Counted from the first letter of the stretch, positions 32,465 through 42,971 are shown. The stretch is DNA of 64,000 nucleotides from Candidatus Woesearchaeota archaeon (GCA_047602745.1 JBLKOJ010000003.1:4912-68911), one strand, 5' to 3'. Notes: a model not told the origin generated them from the sequence alone. Translations and numbers: made by a program.

Positions 32465-34192
32465 CTACTTAAAAAAATTCTCTAATTCCTCAACTACATT
32501 TTTAGAATACCTTTTTTTATCAATAATAATTGAAGTATTAGTAAATAGTTTCCTAAGTACTCCTTGTCTTTTTTCAAGAGAACTTAAATGTAAAAATTCA
32601 CCATTTAATTCTAAAATATCAAAAATTCTCATGCCAATTATAATGTTAGATTTTAAATTATGAGATTTTGTCATTATCCTCTTTGAAAGTTCTTGAAATT
32701 TAACTTGTTTAAAATTAGATTTTTCAAACCCCACACATTCAGCATCAAATACACAAGAAGTATTTGAAAAATTTGTTTCAATAAAATAAACAATCTCTTT
32801 AAATTGAGAGGTCAAGTCCTCCAAATTTCTTGAAAATAACTTGACATCACCAAAATCATTTTGAATAATAAGTCTCAATCCATCATATTTATAATCACAA
32901 AAAAAAGGAAACTCCACTTTTGAATTAATTTCATCAAATGAATACAGTCTAGGGCCCAACATAACTTTTATGGGCTTTCCAAAAATTATTGGTGGATTAA
33001 ATAAATTAATTATATCTTCCTTTAATTTATCATATGATACTTTATAAGAAACATTATAAGAGTATAAAGAATCAAACAAGTCCTTAAAACCTTTAAATAT
33101 TTCTTTTTGAAATTCTTGAACACTCAACGCATTATTCTGACTCTCAAGATTATCATTTGAAATAATTACAATGTTTATGTAGGGAAAAAAAGTTAGAAGA
33201 TTAGAACTATGATTTTGAGAAATACTAATTTCTGATTGATTAAATCTATATAACTTATTAAAAATACTACCAATTAATTTTTCTCTATCAATTAACTCAA
33301 ATTTATACCCTAGTTTCTCACAAACACTACCTTTTTGATTTTTTACAGATTTTAAAGATTTACAATTTACATTTTTAAAATCTCTACTTATTTTAACATC
33401 ACCACTTCTAATTGCAGTTTCAAAATCCGATTTATTATAATCTAGATAATTGTAAACATGAGAACTGAAAAAATGATTGATTTTTACATATAATCTTTCA
33501 CTTTGAATAACTTTTTTGTATTCTTCTAAAATATCAATATTTATTATAAATCTCTGCAAAGAATCTTCAAAATAATGTATGGAACTTAATTTGGGAAAAA
33601 AAGCAAACACAAAAGCATCATGAATTATCCCCTCATTAGCTCCGATTTTTAACAAATCTGCCAAGTATGCAACTAGGACTTTTCTCTCTTCTAATGAATT
33701 TGTCAATGATAAAAGTTGAAGAATTTTATTTTTTCTATATAAGTTTGAATTTTTTCCCGAAATTTGAGATATTTCAATAAGAATTTGAGAAAAATCTTCA
33801 AGCATCAAAAACGATTTTTCTTGGAAAATTGATCTATTTTTAAAATTCACATCTAAATTTTCAAGAGTCTTATAAATATCCCCTGTGCTATTAAATTCTT
33901 TTTCAATTATCATCCTTGATACCATGTAATAAGAAGACAATGCTTCAAATACTGTTTTTAATGAAATTGAAAACTCTTTTTTTGAAATTTCTCTTGCAAA
34001 ATTTCCAGACATAATATCAATCATTAAAGTCACATCACTAGGGTCAAAAGACATTAAAAAATCACTCAAAATTTGGATTTTTATTAATTTTTTAGAATGT
34101 GCTTTTAAAATTAAACACAATTTAGAGAACTCTTCAAAAGTTACTAGTTCATAATTATAATTGGCATTTGAGATCTTTTTTTTTAAATTCAT
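32465..34192 (-). CDS. ATP-dependent DNA ligase, N-terminal fragment (DNA-binding domain plus adenylation motifs I, III, IIIa), ending before motif IV
   Basis: DBD-like N-terminus (FEEFSKLCLILKAHSKKLIKIQILSDFL). Motif I CDYKYDGLRLII (Lys at about residue 435), LFSRNLEDLT, motif III VFDAECV, motif IIIa RIFDILELNGE. The ORF stops after ...VVEELENFFK, with no motifs IV-VI or OB fold. Confidence 0.7.
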   Translation of the reverse strand: MNLKKKISNANYNYELVTFEEFSKLCLILKAHSKKLIKIQILSDFLMSFDPSDVTLMIDIMSGNFAREISKKEFSISLKTVFEALSSYYMVSRMIIEKEFNSTGDIYKTLENLDVNFKNRSIFQEKSFLMLEDFSQILIEISQISGKNSNLYRKNKILQLLSLTNSLEERKVLVAYLADLLKIGANEGIIHDAFVFAFFPKLSSIHYFEDSLQRFIINIDILEEYKKVIQSERLYVKINHFFSSHVYNYLDYNKSDFETAIRSGDVKISRDFKNVNCKSLKSVKNQKGSVCEKLGYKFELIDREKLIGSIFNKLYRFNQSEISISQNHSSNLLTFFPYINIVIISNDNLESQNNALSVQEFQKEIFKGFKDLFDSLYSYNVSYKVSYDKLKEDIINLFNPPIIFGKPIKVMLGPRLYSFDEINSKVEFPFFCDYKYDGLRLIIQNDFGDVKLFSRNLEDLTSQFKEIVYFIETNFSNTSCVFDAECVGFEKSNFKQVKFQELSKRIMTKSHNLKSNIIIGMRIFDILELNGEFLHLSSLEKRQGVLRKLFTNTSIIIDKKRYSKNVVEELENFFK

Positions 34193-34340
34193 ATATATCT
34201 TCCCCTAAATAAATTTATTTAAATAGCCCGATGTTAAAAGTAATTAATTATCTTAACAACTAGTGTGAAGAATGATTACTTTAAATATCTACCATGTATA
34301 ATTGAGAAATATTTAAATACTTTGTAGTTTTATAAGTAAT

Positions 34341-34994
34341 ATGGAGATCTTGATTGCAATAATAATAGGAATAGTATTTATATTATTATTAGTTCTATTT
34401 TATCATTCTCAATCTTTTTGGATAGTTAGTTTTTATAGGAGAAAATTTGGATACTCAAATATAATATTTGAAATAAAAGAAGATGTAAAAGGGAGGATTA
34501 TTGAAAAAGGATACTTCTCTCAAAATCAAGAAATTTTGATACCAAATGCTTTTAAAAATTTAAGAATTAGTGAACAAAGAAAATACTCTCAATGTTACAA
34601 TATATTAAAATTTCAAACTGAAAACTCAAACTGGGAGTTATTTTTCTACATCGTCAAAGAAGGGTTTACATATAATGAAATCCTCTCAATTAGGACGTTC
34701 CCAAAATATAAGATTATCTCTCAAGAAGCAAGTGTTGAAAGAGTAAATGGATATATCTCAATTTTCTCAAGTAGCAGATTCCTTTGTGAAATTTTAGAAG
34801 AGAAAGATTCAATTAATGCATTTGAATGGATTATCAGAACAAATACTGATTCGTTTTTAATTCAAAATAATAATCTTACATTTAAATTGTTCTGTACTAA
34901 AAAAACAATTAATCAGAAAAAAATCTTAGATTATATTAAGGTTATAAATCATATTAAAAATAAAGTATTTGAGAAAGAAAATCTAAAATTATAA
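34341..34994 (+). CDS. Hypothetical membrane-anchored protein
   Basis: One N-terminal TM helix; I recognise no motifs. Confidence 0.35.
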   Translation: MEILIAIIIGIVFILLLVLFYHSQSFWIVSFYRRKFGYSNIIFEIKEDVKGRIIEKGYFSQNQEILIPNAFKNLRISEQRKYSQCYNILKFQTENSNWELFFYIVKEGFTYNEILSIRTFPKYKIISQEASVERVNGYISIFSSSRFLCEILEEKDSINAFEWIIRTNTDSFLIQNNNLTFKLFCTKKTINQKKILDYIKVINHIKNKVFEKENLKL

Positions 34995-35060
34995 TCAAAT
35001 TTATAAGGAAACAAGTTATTTTATACAAAGTATAATAAATGTTTTCACGTTCATAAATAT

Positions 35061-36062
35061 ATGGAAAAAAGACCATTATTAAAATTAGGTATTGATTCTT
35101 ATGGAGTATCTATCCCTAAAACATGGCTTGAACAGTTAAATTTAATTGAAGGACAAGAATTATATCTAAAAAATCATAATGATTTTATCTCAATTCATAC
35201 ACAAAACATTCAAACTGAAGAAAAAAATGCAATTATTTCATTTGATGATATCTCTTTAAAAATTTTTAATAAAATACTTATCTCTTACTATATAAGAAAT
35301 TATTCAACTATTACAATAGAAGGAGAAACTATTCATGAGAGAATTGACTCCATAAAAGCATATATTTCTAAACTCCCATCTCTTGAAATTATCGAAATTC
35401 ATCCCAACCAGTTAGTTTTAAATAATTCTCTTAGTAATCATAACGATTTAAATAAACTTATTAACTTAATGAAGAATTCAATTTTTTCAATGTATGAATT
35501 ATTAATCTCTAACAATGAGTCTCATTCAATTAACAAAAATCATACTAAAATTACATTACTAGATAGCACTTTAAACCAACTTTATTTTTCCTCAATTAAA
35601 CTTCTTCATTATAAAATCGAAATTGAACAAGATTTTACAACTCTAAAACATATTTCATACCATACTAGAATTGTGTCTTTATTAGAAAAAATAGGAGATA
35701 TTATTAAAAGAATTTCAAAATATATTAACAAAAATAATAGTCTTAATGAAAATTCCATTTTAGAGAATCAAATGAGTAACAATAATTCCATTCAAAAAGA
35801 ACTATTTGAATACTTAAAAGAATATCACAAATCATTTGATTTCTTTGAAACAAACTCTTTTGCAAAATCAACATTAAATAATCTCAATACTCTTCAAGAT
35901 AAGAAAAATACCATTCTTAAAATGTTAGAGGATTATACCTATAATCCTACACAAGAAGCTAGTGAGTATCAAATTCAATTAGTAGTTTCACAATTAATTA
36001 AAGATCTACTGGGAACATATGATGAAATTTTAATTATCACGATTGATTTTGTAATCGAATAA
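35061..36062 (+). CDS. AbrB/SpoVT-domain plus PhoU-like regulator (archaeal PhoU-homologue architecture)
   Basis: The N-terminal LLKLGIDSYGVSIPKTWLEQLNLIEGQELYL fits the swapped-hairpin AbrB/SpoVT motif. The remainder is helical with repeated PhoU-like segments. Its size (333 aa) matches archaeal AbrB-PhoU proteins. Confidence 0.45.
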   Translation: MEKRPLLKLGIDSYGVSIPKTWLEQLNLIEGQELYLKNHNDFISIHTQNIQTEEKNAIISFDDISLKIFNKILISYYIRNYSTITIEGETIHERIDSIKAYISKLPSLEIIEIHPNQLVLNNSLSNHNDLNKLINLMKNSIFSMYELLISNNESHSINKNHTKITLLDSTLNQLYFSSIKLLHYKIEIEQDFTTLKHISYHTRIVSLLEKIGDIIKRISKYINKNNSLNENSILENQMSNNNSIQKELFEYLKEYHKSFDFFETNSFAKSTLNNLNTLQDKKNTILKMLEDYTYNPTQEASEYQIQLVVSQLIKDLLGTYDEILIITIDFVIE

Positions 36063-36157
36063 AAATTTAAAATTATCGTTTAAAAACAAATTCTAATATT
36101 TAACTACTAAAAAATTATTAAAAATCTCTAAAAAATAAATTCTCAAAATAATATATA

Positions 36158-36595
36158 ATGAAAAATCAAATTCTCCTAACTCCAGTTGATGAAATAGTAA
36201 CCTATATAAAACAAAACCCTAGTAAAACAATTTCAGAGATTTCGAAAGTTTTTAAGATTAAAGAAGATATAATTGATAAGTGGGTTACCGTATTAGAAGA
36301 ATACAACATATGTAGAGTTGAATTCCATGGACTTGAGGGTAGAATAGATTATTGTGAAGAAATAGGCAAAAAGAAAAACATTAAAGTTGAGCAAATCAAA
36401 GATTCTTTTGTAAAAGCTTGTTATTCTAGAAAAATATCTACTGAAAAGATGAAAGAATTATGGAATCTTTTTTTTGTAGAATATGAAGAAGAAATTAAAA
36501 AAGAATTTGAAAAAGAGTGTATAGAAAAAAAACTCGACAAAAGAAAAATCCCTTTAGCATGGGAAAGATTTAAACAGACTAATAAAACACTATAA
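36158..36595 (+). CDS. Hypothetical protein, possible N-terminal winged-helix; first gene of the pilus operon
   Basis: KTISEISKVFKIKEDIIDKWVTVLEEYNI looks HTH-like. The stop lies 1 nt before the next start. Confidence 0.35.
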   Translation: MKNQILLTPVDEIVTYIKQNPSKTISEISKVFKIKEDIIDKWVTVLEEYNICRVEFHGLEGRIDYCEEIGKKKNIKVEQIKDSFVKACYSRKISTEKMKELWNLFFVEYEEEIKKEFEKECIEKKLDKRKIPLAWERFKQTNKTL

Positions 36596-36596
36596 A

Positions 36597-37799
36597 ATGG
36601 CAATTGATTTTGAAGAATTTTTAAATAAGGCTCTTTCTACAAATACTAAAAAAGATGATATTTTTGACCTGGACTTAGAAGAGGATGAAAAAACTACTAA
36701 AGAATTAGAAACAATTTCAATTCAACCACTTTTAGAACAAATTTCAAAACTTAAACAAAAAGCACTTGAAACTCCTCAAAAGTTTAAAGAAATATATCAA
36801 AAATTTGAAGAATTTGAAAAGAACTATCCTCTTTACTTTATTGATATTCAATCCTCTTTATATGAAAATCAATCATTGTTAAAAAGTAAATACCTTAGTG
36901 AAATTTTAGAAAAAGAAAATAAAAAGCTCGTTGATATTAGAAAATTTTTTGAAACAGAACTAGAACTAATTTCTCAGCATATTGATGAAAAAAAATTTAA
37001 AAATGCTCACGATAGAATTAATAGTATAAATTATGAAATTTTACAAATACCAAAATCTTATACTGATCTTAAAATTGAATTTAATACTAAAATTCAAAAA
37101 ATTATCTCTACATATTACTTTGAATTAGAAAGATCTAAAAAAAAACTAGCATTTCTCTATATTGATGTAATGAAATTAATATTAAACCAAAAAACTTTAA
37201 TTTTCACAACAATTTACAGAGATGAATTAGATGAATTAATTCAAGACATTCATACTTTATTTTTAAAAAAGAGAATAGAATTAGATATGTATTTAAGCCG
37301 ATATATTTCTAAATTTATTCTCTTTACAAATAAACTTATTGAATATAGAAAACAAATTCAAATTAAAACTGAACAAGAATTTAAGAAATATTTTTCATAT
37401 TTAGAACAAGAATTTAAAAAATCAATTCAAAAAAATAAAACTTACCAAGCTCTAATTATTTTAGAAGTAGCACATTTATTACTTAAAAAAGAAACTATCT
37501 ATAACCAAGAGTTAAAAATATCCTACTTTTTAAAATTAATTGAATTAAAAAAAGACATAAATACCCTTAGCTATAATACTAGAAAAGGATTTAGTGAAGA
37601 AGAATTAACTTTGTGTTATGCATATTCAAAATTTAATTTGATTAATTTAATTCAAAATTCAATAATTAGATACAATAAAAATGAAATTAAATCAATTATT
37701 AAGGAAATTTCAAATCTTGAAAATATCTCAATAAAACATAAAAAAATTTTAATTTCAAAACTTGAAGCTAAAATAAATATAAATTTAACTAAAAACTAA
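36597..37799 (+). CDS. Hypothetical all-alpha/coiled-coil protein, pilus-operon accessory
   Basis: 400 aa, K/E/I-rich and helical, with no P-loop. It is translationally coupled on both sides (1-2 nt spacers). Confidence 0.4.
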   Translation: MAIDFEEFLNKALSTNTKKDDIFDLDLEEDEKTTKELETISIQPLLEQISKLKQKALETPQKFKEIYQKFEEFEKNYPLYFIDIQSSLYENQSLLKSKYLSEILEKENKKLVDIRKFFETELELISQHIDEKKFKNAHDRINSINYEILQIPKSYTDLKIEFNTKIQKIISTYYFELERSKKKLAFLYIDVMKLILNQKTLIFTTIYRDELDELIQDIHTLFLKKRIELDMYLSRYISKFILFTNKLIEYRKQIQIKTEQEFKKYFSYLEQEFKKSIQKNKTYQALIILEVAHLLLKKETIYNQELKISYFLKLIELKKDINTLSYNTRKGFSEEELTLCYAYSKFNLINLIQNSIIRYNKNEIKSIIKEISNLENISIKHKKILISKLEAKININLTKN

Positions 37800-37801
37800 A
37801 A

Positions 37802-39307
37802 ATGAAATTACTAAAAAAATATGAGGTTTTTTTTGAAGGTGTTGGAATCCCAATTATGATTTATGAACAACCTAAACAATTTATTCCAACATATGAAGTT
37901 GGAATTTTAGAACTTGGTAAATATACACAATTAATCATTAAGAAAATTAAAGAGGACTTATTAAGAGAAGGAGTATTAGATTCTTTTTCAAGACAAACAA
38001 ATGTTGGATATGAAGAGATAAAACAAGCTTATATGGATAAAATTAAAGAACTATTAAATTATTATTTTCCTAATTTATCTTTTGATGATAAATCTAAAAT
38101 TTTAACAGTAATATTACAGACAAGTTTTGACTTAGGTTATGTTGATATTTTGGTAAGTGATTCTCAAATTGAAGAAGTTACTATTAATGGAGCTAAAAGT
38201 GAAATTATGGTCTATCATAGACAATATGGTTGGTTAAAAACTAATTTGAATTTTAAAAATGATGTTGATATTAGAAATATTGCGACTAGAGTAGCGATGG
38301 AAAATAAAAAAATTTTCTCAAATTTAAATCCTCTTCTAGATGCGCATCTATTAGGGGGACATCGTGTCAATGCTACACTGTCTCCCATCTCAACTGAAGG
38401 TTCAACAATGACTATTAGGCGTTTTTCTGACACACCATGGACAGTATGTGATTTAATTCGAGCTAGGACTTCAACTCCATTGGGCCTTGCATTAATTTGG
38501 CTTGCAATTGAAAATGAATTTTCTTTAATTGTGGTTGGAGGAACAGGGTCAGGTAAAACATCATTTCTAAATGCAATTTCTGGATTTATACCAGCTGATC
38601 AGAGAATTATCTCTGTTGAAGATACAAGAGAAGTCAGACTCCCTGAATATGCACACTGGGTTCCCATGGAATCTAGAGCTGCAAATCAAGAAGGAAAAGG
38701 AGAAGTTTCTATGCTTCATTTAATAGTTAATAGTCTTCGTATGAGACCTGATAGAATTTTAATTGGAGAAATTAGACGTAAAGAAGAAGCTGAAATTTTA
38801 TTTGAAGCTATGAGAACCGGACACAGTGTTTATGGAACTTTTCACGCAAATACTGCTGAAGAAATGGTTTTACGTATGTCTTCATCACCAATAGAAATCC
38901 CTAAAATAACATTAAATTCATTAGGACTCATTGTTGTACAACATAGAGATAGAAAATCAGGTAGGAGAATTACACTTCAGATAGCTGAAATGACACCTGA
39001 GGGGAATAGTAGAGTAATATTTCAACATAATCCTAAAATTGATGATTTAGTACTGAAAAGAAAACCTAAATATTTTATGCACAAACTAGATGAATTTCAT
39101 GGAATTGATGAGGAAGAATTTTTAAGAGAAATTAAACACAGAGCTTGGTTTTTAAACGCTTTAAGTGAGGCAGGGGCTGAAGATATCACACAAATTGGAA
39201 ACTATATTAACCAATATCATAAAAATAAAGATGAAATTTTAAGTTCATTATCTAAACTTATCAAAAAAAAGATGAAACATAAAAAACTTAAACTCAAAGA
39301 AACATAA
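37802..39307 (+). CDS. Type IV pilus/archaellum-family secretion ATPase (FlaI/PilB/TadA-like)
   Basis: Walker A GGTGSGKTSFLNA, Asp box ISVEDTREV, Walker B/His box RPDRILIGEIRRKEEAEILFEAMRTGHSVYGTFHA. Confidence 0.9.
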   Translation: MKLLKKYEVFFEGVGIPIMIYEQPKQFIPTYEVGILELGKYTQLIIKKIKEDLLREGVLDSFSRQTNVGYEEIKQAYMDKIKELLNYYFPNLSFDDKSKILTVILQTSFDLGYVDILVSDSQIEEVTINGAKSEIMVYHRQYGWLKTNLNFKNDVDIRNIATRVAMENKKIFSNLNPLLDAHLLGGHRVNATLSPISTEGSTMTIRRFSDTPWTVCDLIRARTSTPLGLALIWLAIENEFSLIVVGGTGSGKTSFLNAISGFIPADQRIISVEDTREVRLPEYAHWVPMESRAANQEGKGEVSMLHLIVNSLRMRPDRILIGEIRRKEEAEILFEAMRTGHSVYGTFHANTAEEMVLRMSSSPIEIPKITLNSLGLIVVQHRDRKSGRRITLQIAEMTPEGNSRVIFQHNPKIDDLVLKRKPKYFMHKLDEFHGIDEEEFLREIKHRAWFLNALSEAGAEDITQIGNYINQYHKNKDEILSSLSKLIKKKMKHKKLKLKET

Positions 39308-39320
39308 TATAATATAAACT

Positions 39321-40136
39321 ATGGTATTTAAAGAATTTATTAGAAAATTAACCTCAAAGTATCCAACATTAAATCAACGATTAAAGCTTGCGGGTTCAAC
39401 TCAAAGTCCATTTCAATATGTTTTTCAAACGGTATATTTAAGTGCAATGTTAGGAGTTGGTATTTTTATTTTTATATTTATATTATTTTCATCAGAGCCT
39501 ATTTTTTTAACATTAATTATTGGAAATATTTTATTAGTGCCTCTAATTTATTTATTTTTATTTTCAATAGTTGATGTTAAAGCTACCCAATTGGGAAGGG
39601 AGCTTGATAGAGATTTATTGTTTGTTTCAGAATATCTTTTAGTTACATTAGAATCTGGAGTTCCTCTCTCAAATGCTCTATTACAACTTAGTAAAATAAA
39701 TAGACCTAGTGGTAATTTTTTTGAAAGAATACTAAGAGAATTTAAAATGGGAGAAGATTTAGAAGAAACACTTAATCATGCAATTAGCTATTGTCCTTCA
39801 GAAGATTTTAGAAATTTAATTAAAAAACTCAAAGATAGTTTAAATATTGGAGTTCAGCTCGATAAGACATTAGTTGATTTTGTAAATGAAAGTTCAGACA
39901 AAAAACTAATTGAAATTCAAGGATACTCTAAAAGATTAAATCCGTTAATTATGATGTATTTGGTGTTAGGAATTGTAATTCCGTCTTTAGGTGTTACTTT
40001 TTTTATTTTGTTTGCTGCAATTAGTGGCATGAGTGAAGATATGCTCAGAGTAGTGTTGATGTTTGTATTTTTATTTATGTTTGCATTTCAGTATATTGCG
40101 TATTCAAGTCTTAAATTTAGTAAATCAACATTATAA
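39321..40136 (+). CDS. Type II secretion system F-domain membrane protein (TadB/TadC- or half-FlaJ/PilC-like), part 1
   Basis: A single T2SSF-like cytoplasmic domain (LLFVSEYLLVTLESGVPLSNALLQLSK...LEETLNHA...LKDSLNIGVQLDKTL) is flanked by TM helices. Confidence 0.65.
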   Translation: MVFKEFIRKLTSKYPTLNQRLKLAGSTQSPFQYVFQTVYLSAMLGVGIFIFIFILFSSEPIFLTLIIGNILLVPLIYLFLFSIVDVKATQLGRELDRDLLFVSEYLLVTLESGVPLSNALLQLSKINRPSGNFFERILREFKMGEDLEETLNHAISYCPSEDFRNLIKKLKDSLNIGVQLDKTLVDFVNESSDKKLIEIQGYSKRLNPLIMMYLVLGIVIPSLGVTFFILFAAISGMSEDMLRVVLMFVFLFMFAFQYIAYSSLKFSKSTL

Positions 40137-40144
40137 TAATAAAA

Positions 40145-41191
40145 ATGACAAGCAACATAATATCACTACAAAATTTGGGTAAGATCTTACTCCCCAAAAA
40201 AATTTTCTCACTTGATTTTGCTCATAAATTAATAAACGGATATGAAAGAGTAAATGGAGAAAAATTGCGTTATGAAATAATATTTTATATATATGTAAGT
40301 TCTTTTTTTTTAGGACTCATTATTTCGTTTTTATTTTTTGATGATATGTATTATCTTTTTGAAAACAACTTAAATTCATTTCTAAATCAAATTGTAATTT
40401 ATTCATTATATTTTACAATTATTCAATTAACAGTATATTGGGGGATATTGATTGGCTATTTAATAAAATTTGATTCAAAAATTGCAAAATATGAAAAAAA
40501 TGTGGAAAAAGACTTACCCTATTTTTTAGATAACTTAATTTCAAATTTAAAAGGAGGATTTATTCTTGAAAAAGCACTGATGAGATCTGTAAGAGATGAA
40601 CAGAAGGAATTATTTTATGAAGTGACTTTAATAAATGAAAAAATTCTATCAGGAATTTCAGTGGAGCAAGCTTTAGAAGAAATGAAAAATAGATTTAATT
40701 CAGCAATTATATCTAGAACTATGTTTTTAATAATTGAGGGATTGAAAGGAGGAGGTAATCTATCTGCTCCGCTTGAGAGAATTTCAAATAATTTAAAAAA
40801 ATTATATTTATTAGATAATGAAGTTAAATCTAGTGTTGGAGGATTTACAATTATTATTAAAGCAATAGGGGGATTTTTGGCACCCGCCTTATTTGCTCTT
40901 GCAATCACATTATTAGTTTTTATAAGTGATTTATTAGTTCTTTTAGAAGCTAGTGGAACGGATGTAGTTTCAATGAGCGAATTACCTGAGGAATTTGTAT
41001 CATATTTAGTAATATTTTCATATTCAATGATTATTTTAATTTCAATTTTTTCAAATTTAATTACATCTCAACTGAAAAATGAGGCAGGGTACCAAGCACT
41101 TAAAACAATTCCAGTTACAATAGTTCTCTCCTCAGTTCTATATTACTACCTCTCAGATATCTTAATTGGATATTTTTCAAATATATTGTAG
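40145..41191 (+). CDS. Type II secretion system F-domain membrane protein, part 2
   Basis: A single T2SSF-like domain (LPYFLDNLISNLKGGFILEKALMRS...GISVEQALEEM...IIEGLKGGGNLSAPLERISN) is flanked by TM helices. Confidence 0.65.
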   Translation: MTSNIISLQNLGKILLPKKIFSLDFAHKLINGYERVNGEKLRYEIIFYIYVSSFFLGLIISFLFFDDMYYLFENNLNSFLNQIVIYSLYFTIIQLTVYWGILIGYLIKFDSKIAKYEKNVEKDLPYFLDNLISNLKGGFILEKALMRSVRDEQKELFYEVTLINEKILSGISVEQALEEMKNRFNSAIISRTMFLIIEGLKGGGNLSAPLERISNNLKKLYLLDNEVKSSVGGFTIIIKAIGGFLAPALFALAITLLVFISDLLVLLEASGTDVVSMSELPEEFVSYLVIFSYSMIILISIFSNLITSQLKNEAGYQALKTIPVTIVLSSVLYYYLSDILIGYFSNIL

Positions 41192-41241
41192 TATTATTAT
41201 TAAAAGGATATATTTTTAAATTTGAGAGTTTTGTAAAATTT

Positions 41242-41460
41242 ATGGAAGAATGGAAAGTACTTTCAAAAGAAGAGTTTGAACTAGATACAGAAGGAAATTT
41301 CTTGGAAGTTTCATTAAAGGAGCATCCAATTAACCAAGAACTTTTATATGGAATTTCTAAAGGTTGGAAGAATAAAAAAGGGTTTAAGAAATATAAATCA
41401 AATATTATTCTTTCTAAAAAAAATAAAGATAAACTTATTACATTGCTCAATACTATGTAA
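41242..41460 (+). CDS. Small hypothetical protein (72 aa)
   Basis: ORF only; charged and lysine-rich, downstream of the pilus operon. Confidence 0.3.
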   Translation: MEEWKVLSKEEFELDTEGNFLEVSLKEHPINQELLYGISKGWKNKKGFKKYKSNIILSKKNKDKLITLLNTM

Positions 41461-41555
41461 TTTTTAATAATTACATTTAATATTTTTTATTGTTAGGTTG
41501 TTATTATAAAAAAGTTAAACTAAAACTTATTAAAACTATATTTATATGTAAAGTT

Positions 41556-42842
41556 ATGAAAATATCTCATATAAATGCAATTGAAATTTTAGATTCAAGA
41601 GGAAGTCCGACAATTAAAGTTGAAATATTACTTGAAGATGGTTCATATGGAGATTTTAGTGTTCCATCTGGAGCATCAACAGGAATTCATGAGGCTCATG
41701 AACTCAGAGATGAAGATGAAAAAAGATTTCATAAAAAAGGAGTATTAAAAGCAATTGGTAATATTAATTCTATAAAAAATGAATTATATAAACGTTCATT
41801 TACACAAACTTCGCTAGATGAATTTTTAATTCTAAAAGATGGAACTTCTAATAAATCTAAACTTGGAGCTAATGCTATTTTAGGAATTAGTATAGCTTTT
41901 GCAAGAGCTTGTGCTAAATACTATAATCTTCCATTATATGAATATTTACACCGTCTTTATAACAATAAAGGAATGCGAACAAAAACACTCCTCTCAAACC
42001 ACACTCCTCTTTTATTTTCAAATATTATCAATGGAGGAGAGCACGCTGATAATGATTTGATGGCTCAAGAATGTATGATTATTTGTAATTCTAGAAATAT
42101 CGAACAAAGTGTTAGAAAAACATCTGAAGTGTATCAATCTCTAAAAAGTGAAATTAAAAAAAAGTATGGATCTGGAAGTACAGGTCTTGGAGATGAAGGA
42201 GGATTTGCACCTAATGTGAAAAATATTGAAGATTCATTTAGCCTAATATCTAAAGTGTTAAAAGATTTACATTATACTTCTAATTTTGTATTTGCTATTG
42301 ATGCCGCAGCTTCTGAATTTTATGATTCTAAAACTAAATTATATGAAATTGAAAAAGGTAAAAAAGTTGATACAAAAGAACTTAATAGATATTACAAGAA
42401 TTTAATTTTAAAATTTCCACTAATTTCTATTGAAGATTCATTTAGTGAAGATGACTTTGTAGGATTTGCAAACTTTCAAAAAATGATTTCAAAAATTTCT
42501 AAAGAAGAAAATCCTTTCCCAACAATACTTAATGTAGGAGATGATTTATTAGTTACTAATCCTCAAAGAATACAGATAGGAATTGATAAAAAATTATGTA
42601 ATGCTCTACTTTTAAAAATTAATCAAATAGGAACTTTAACTGAAAGTTTTAAAGCTTCTAAACTTGCACAAGAACAAGGATGGAGTGTTATTGTATCACA
42701 TCGTTCTGGAGAAACAATTGACTCATTTATTGCAGATTTAGCAGTTGCAATAGGAGGAGAAATCAAACTTGGAGCTCCTGGGAGGGGAGAAAGAGTTGCT
42801 AAGTATAATCGATTACTAGAGATTTGTAAAAACTTCAATTGA
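41556..42842 (+). CDS. eno: Enolase (phosphopyruvate hydratase)
   Basis: Motifs seen: ILDSRGSPTIKVE, SGASTGIHEA.ELRD, GANAILGISIA, IEDSF.EDD, LLLKINQIGTLTE, SHRSGETIDSFIADLAVA. The start is set at ATG 41556 (MKISHINAIEILD). Confidence 0.9.
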   Translation: MKISHINAIEILDSRGSPTIKVEILLEDGSYGDFSVPSGASTGIHEAHELRDEDEKRFHKKGVLKAIGNINSIKNELYKRSFTQTSLDEFLILKDGTSNKSKLGANAILGISIAFARACAKYYNLPLYEYLHRLYNNKGMRTKTLLSNHTPLLFSNIINGGEHADNDLMAQECMIICNSRNIEQSVRKTSEVYQSLKSEIKKKYGSGSTGLGDEGGFAPNVKNIEDSFSLISKVLKDLHYTSNFVFAIDAAASEFYDSKTKLYEIEKGKKVDTKELNRYYKNLILKFPLISIEDSFSEDDFVGFANFQKMISKISKEENPFPTILNVGDDLLVTNPQRIQIGIDKKLCNALLLKINQIGTLTESFKASKLAQEQGWSVIVSHRSGETIDSFIADLAVAIGGEIKLGAPGRGERVAKYNRLLEICKNFN

Positions 42843-42971
42843 AAATTTTTATTTTTAAAAGTTAATAACAGTTCTCTTGAAAACAGTTTCGTAAACATAA
42901 AACTAAGTTATTTTGAGTTTTCTTTTCTATTTCTTAGATTAACTGATTTAGAAAAAATAACTATTTCAAAA

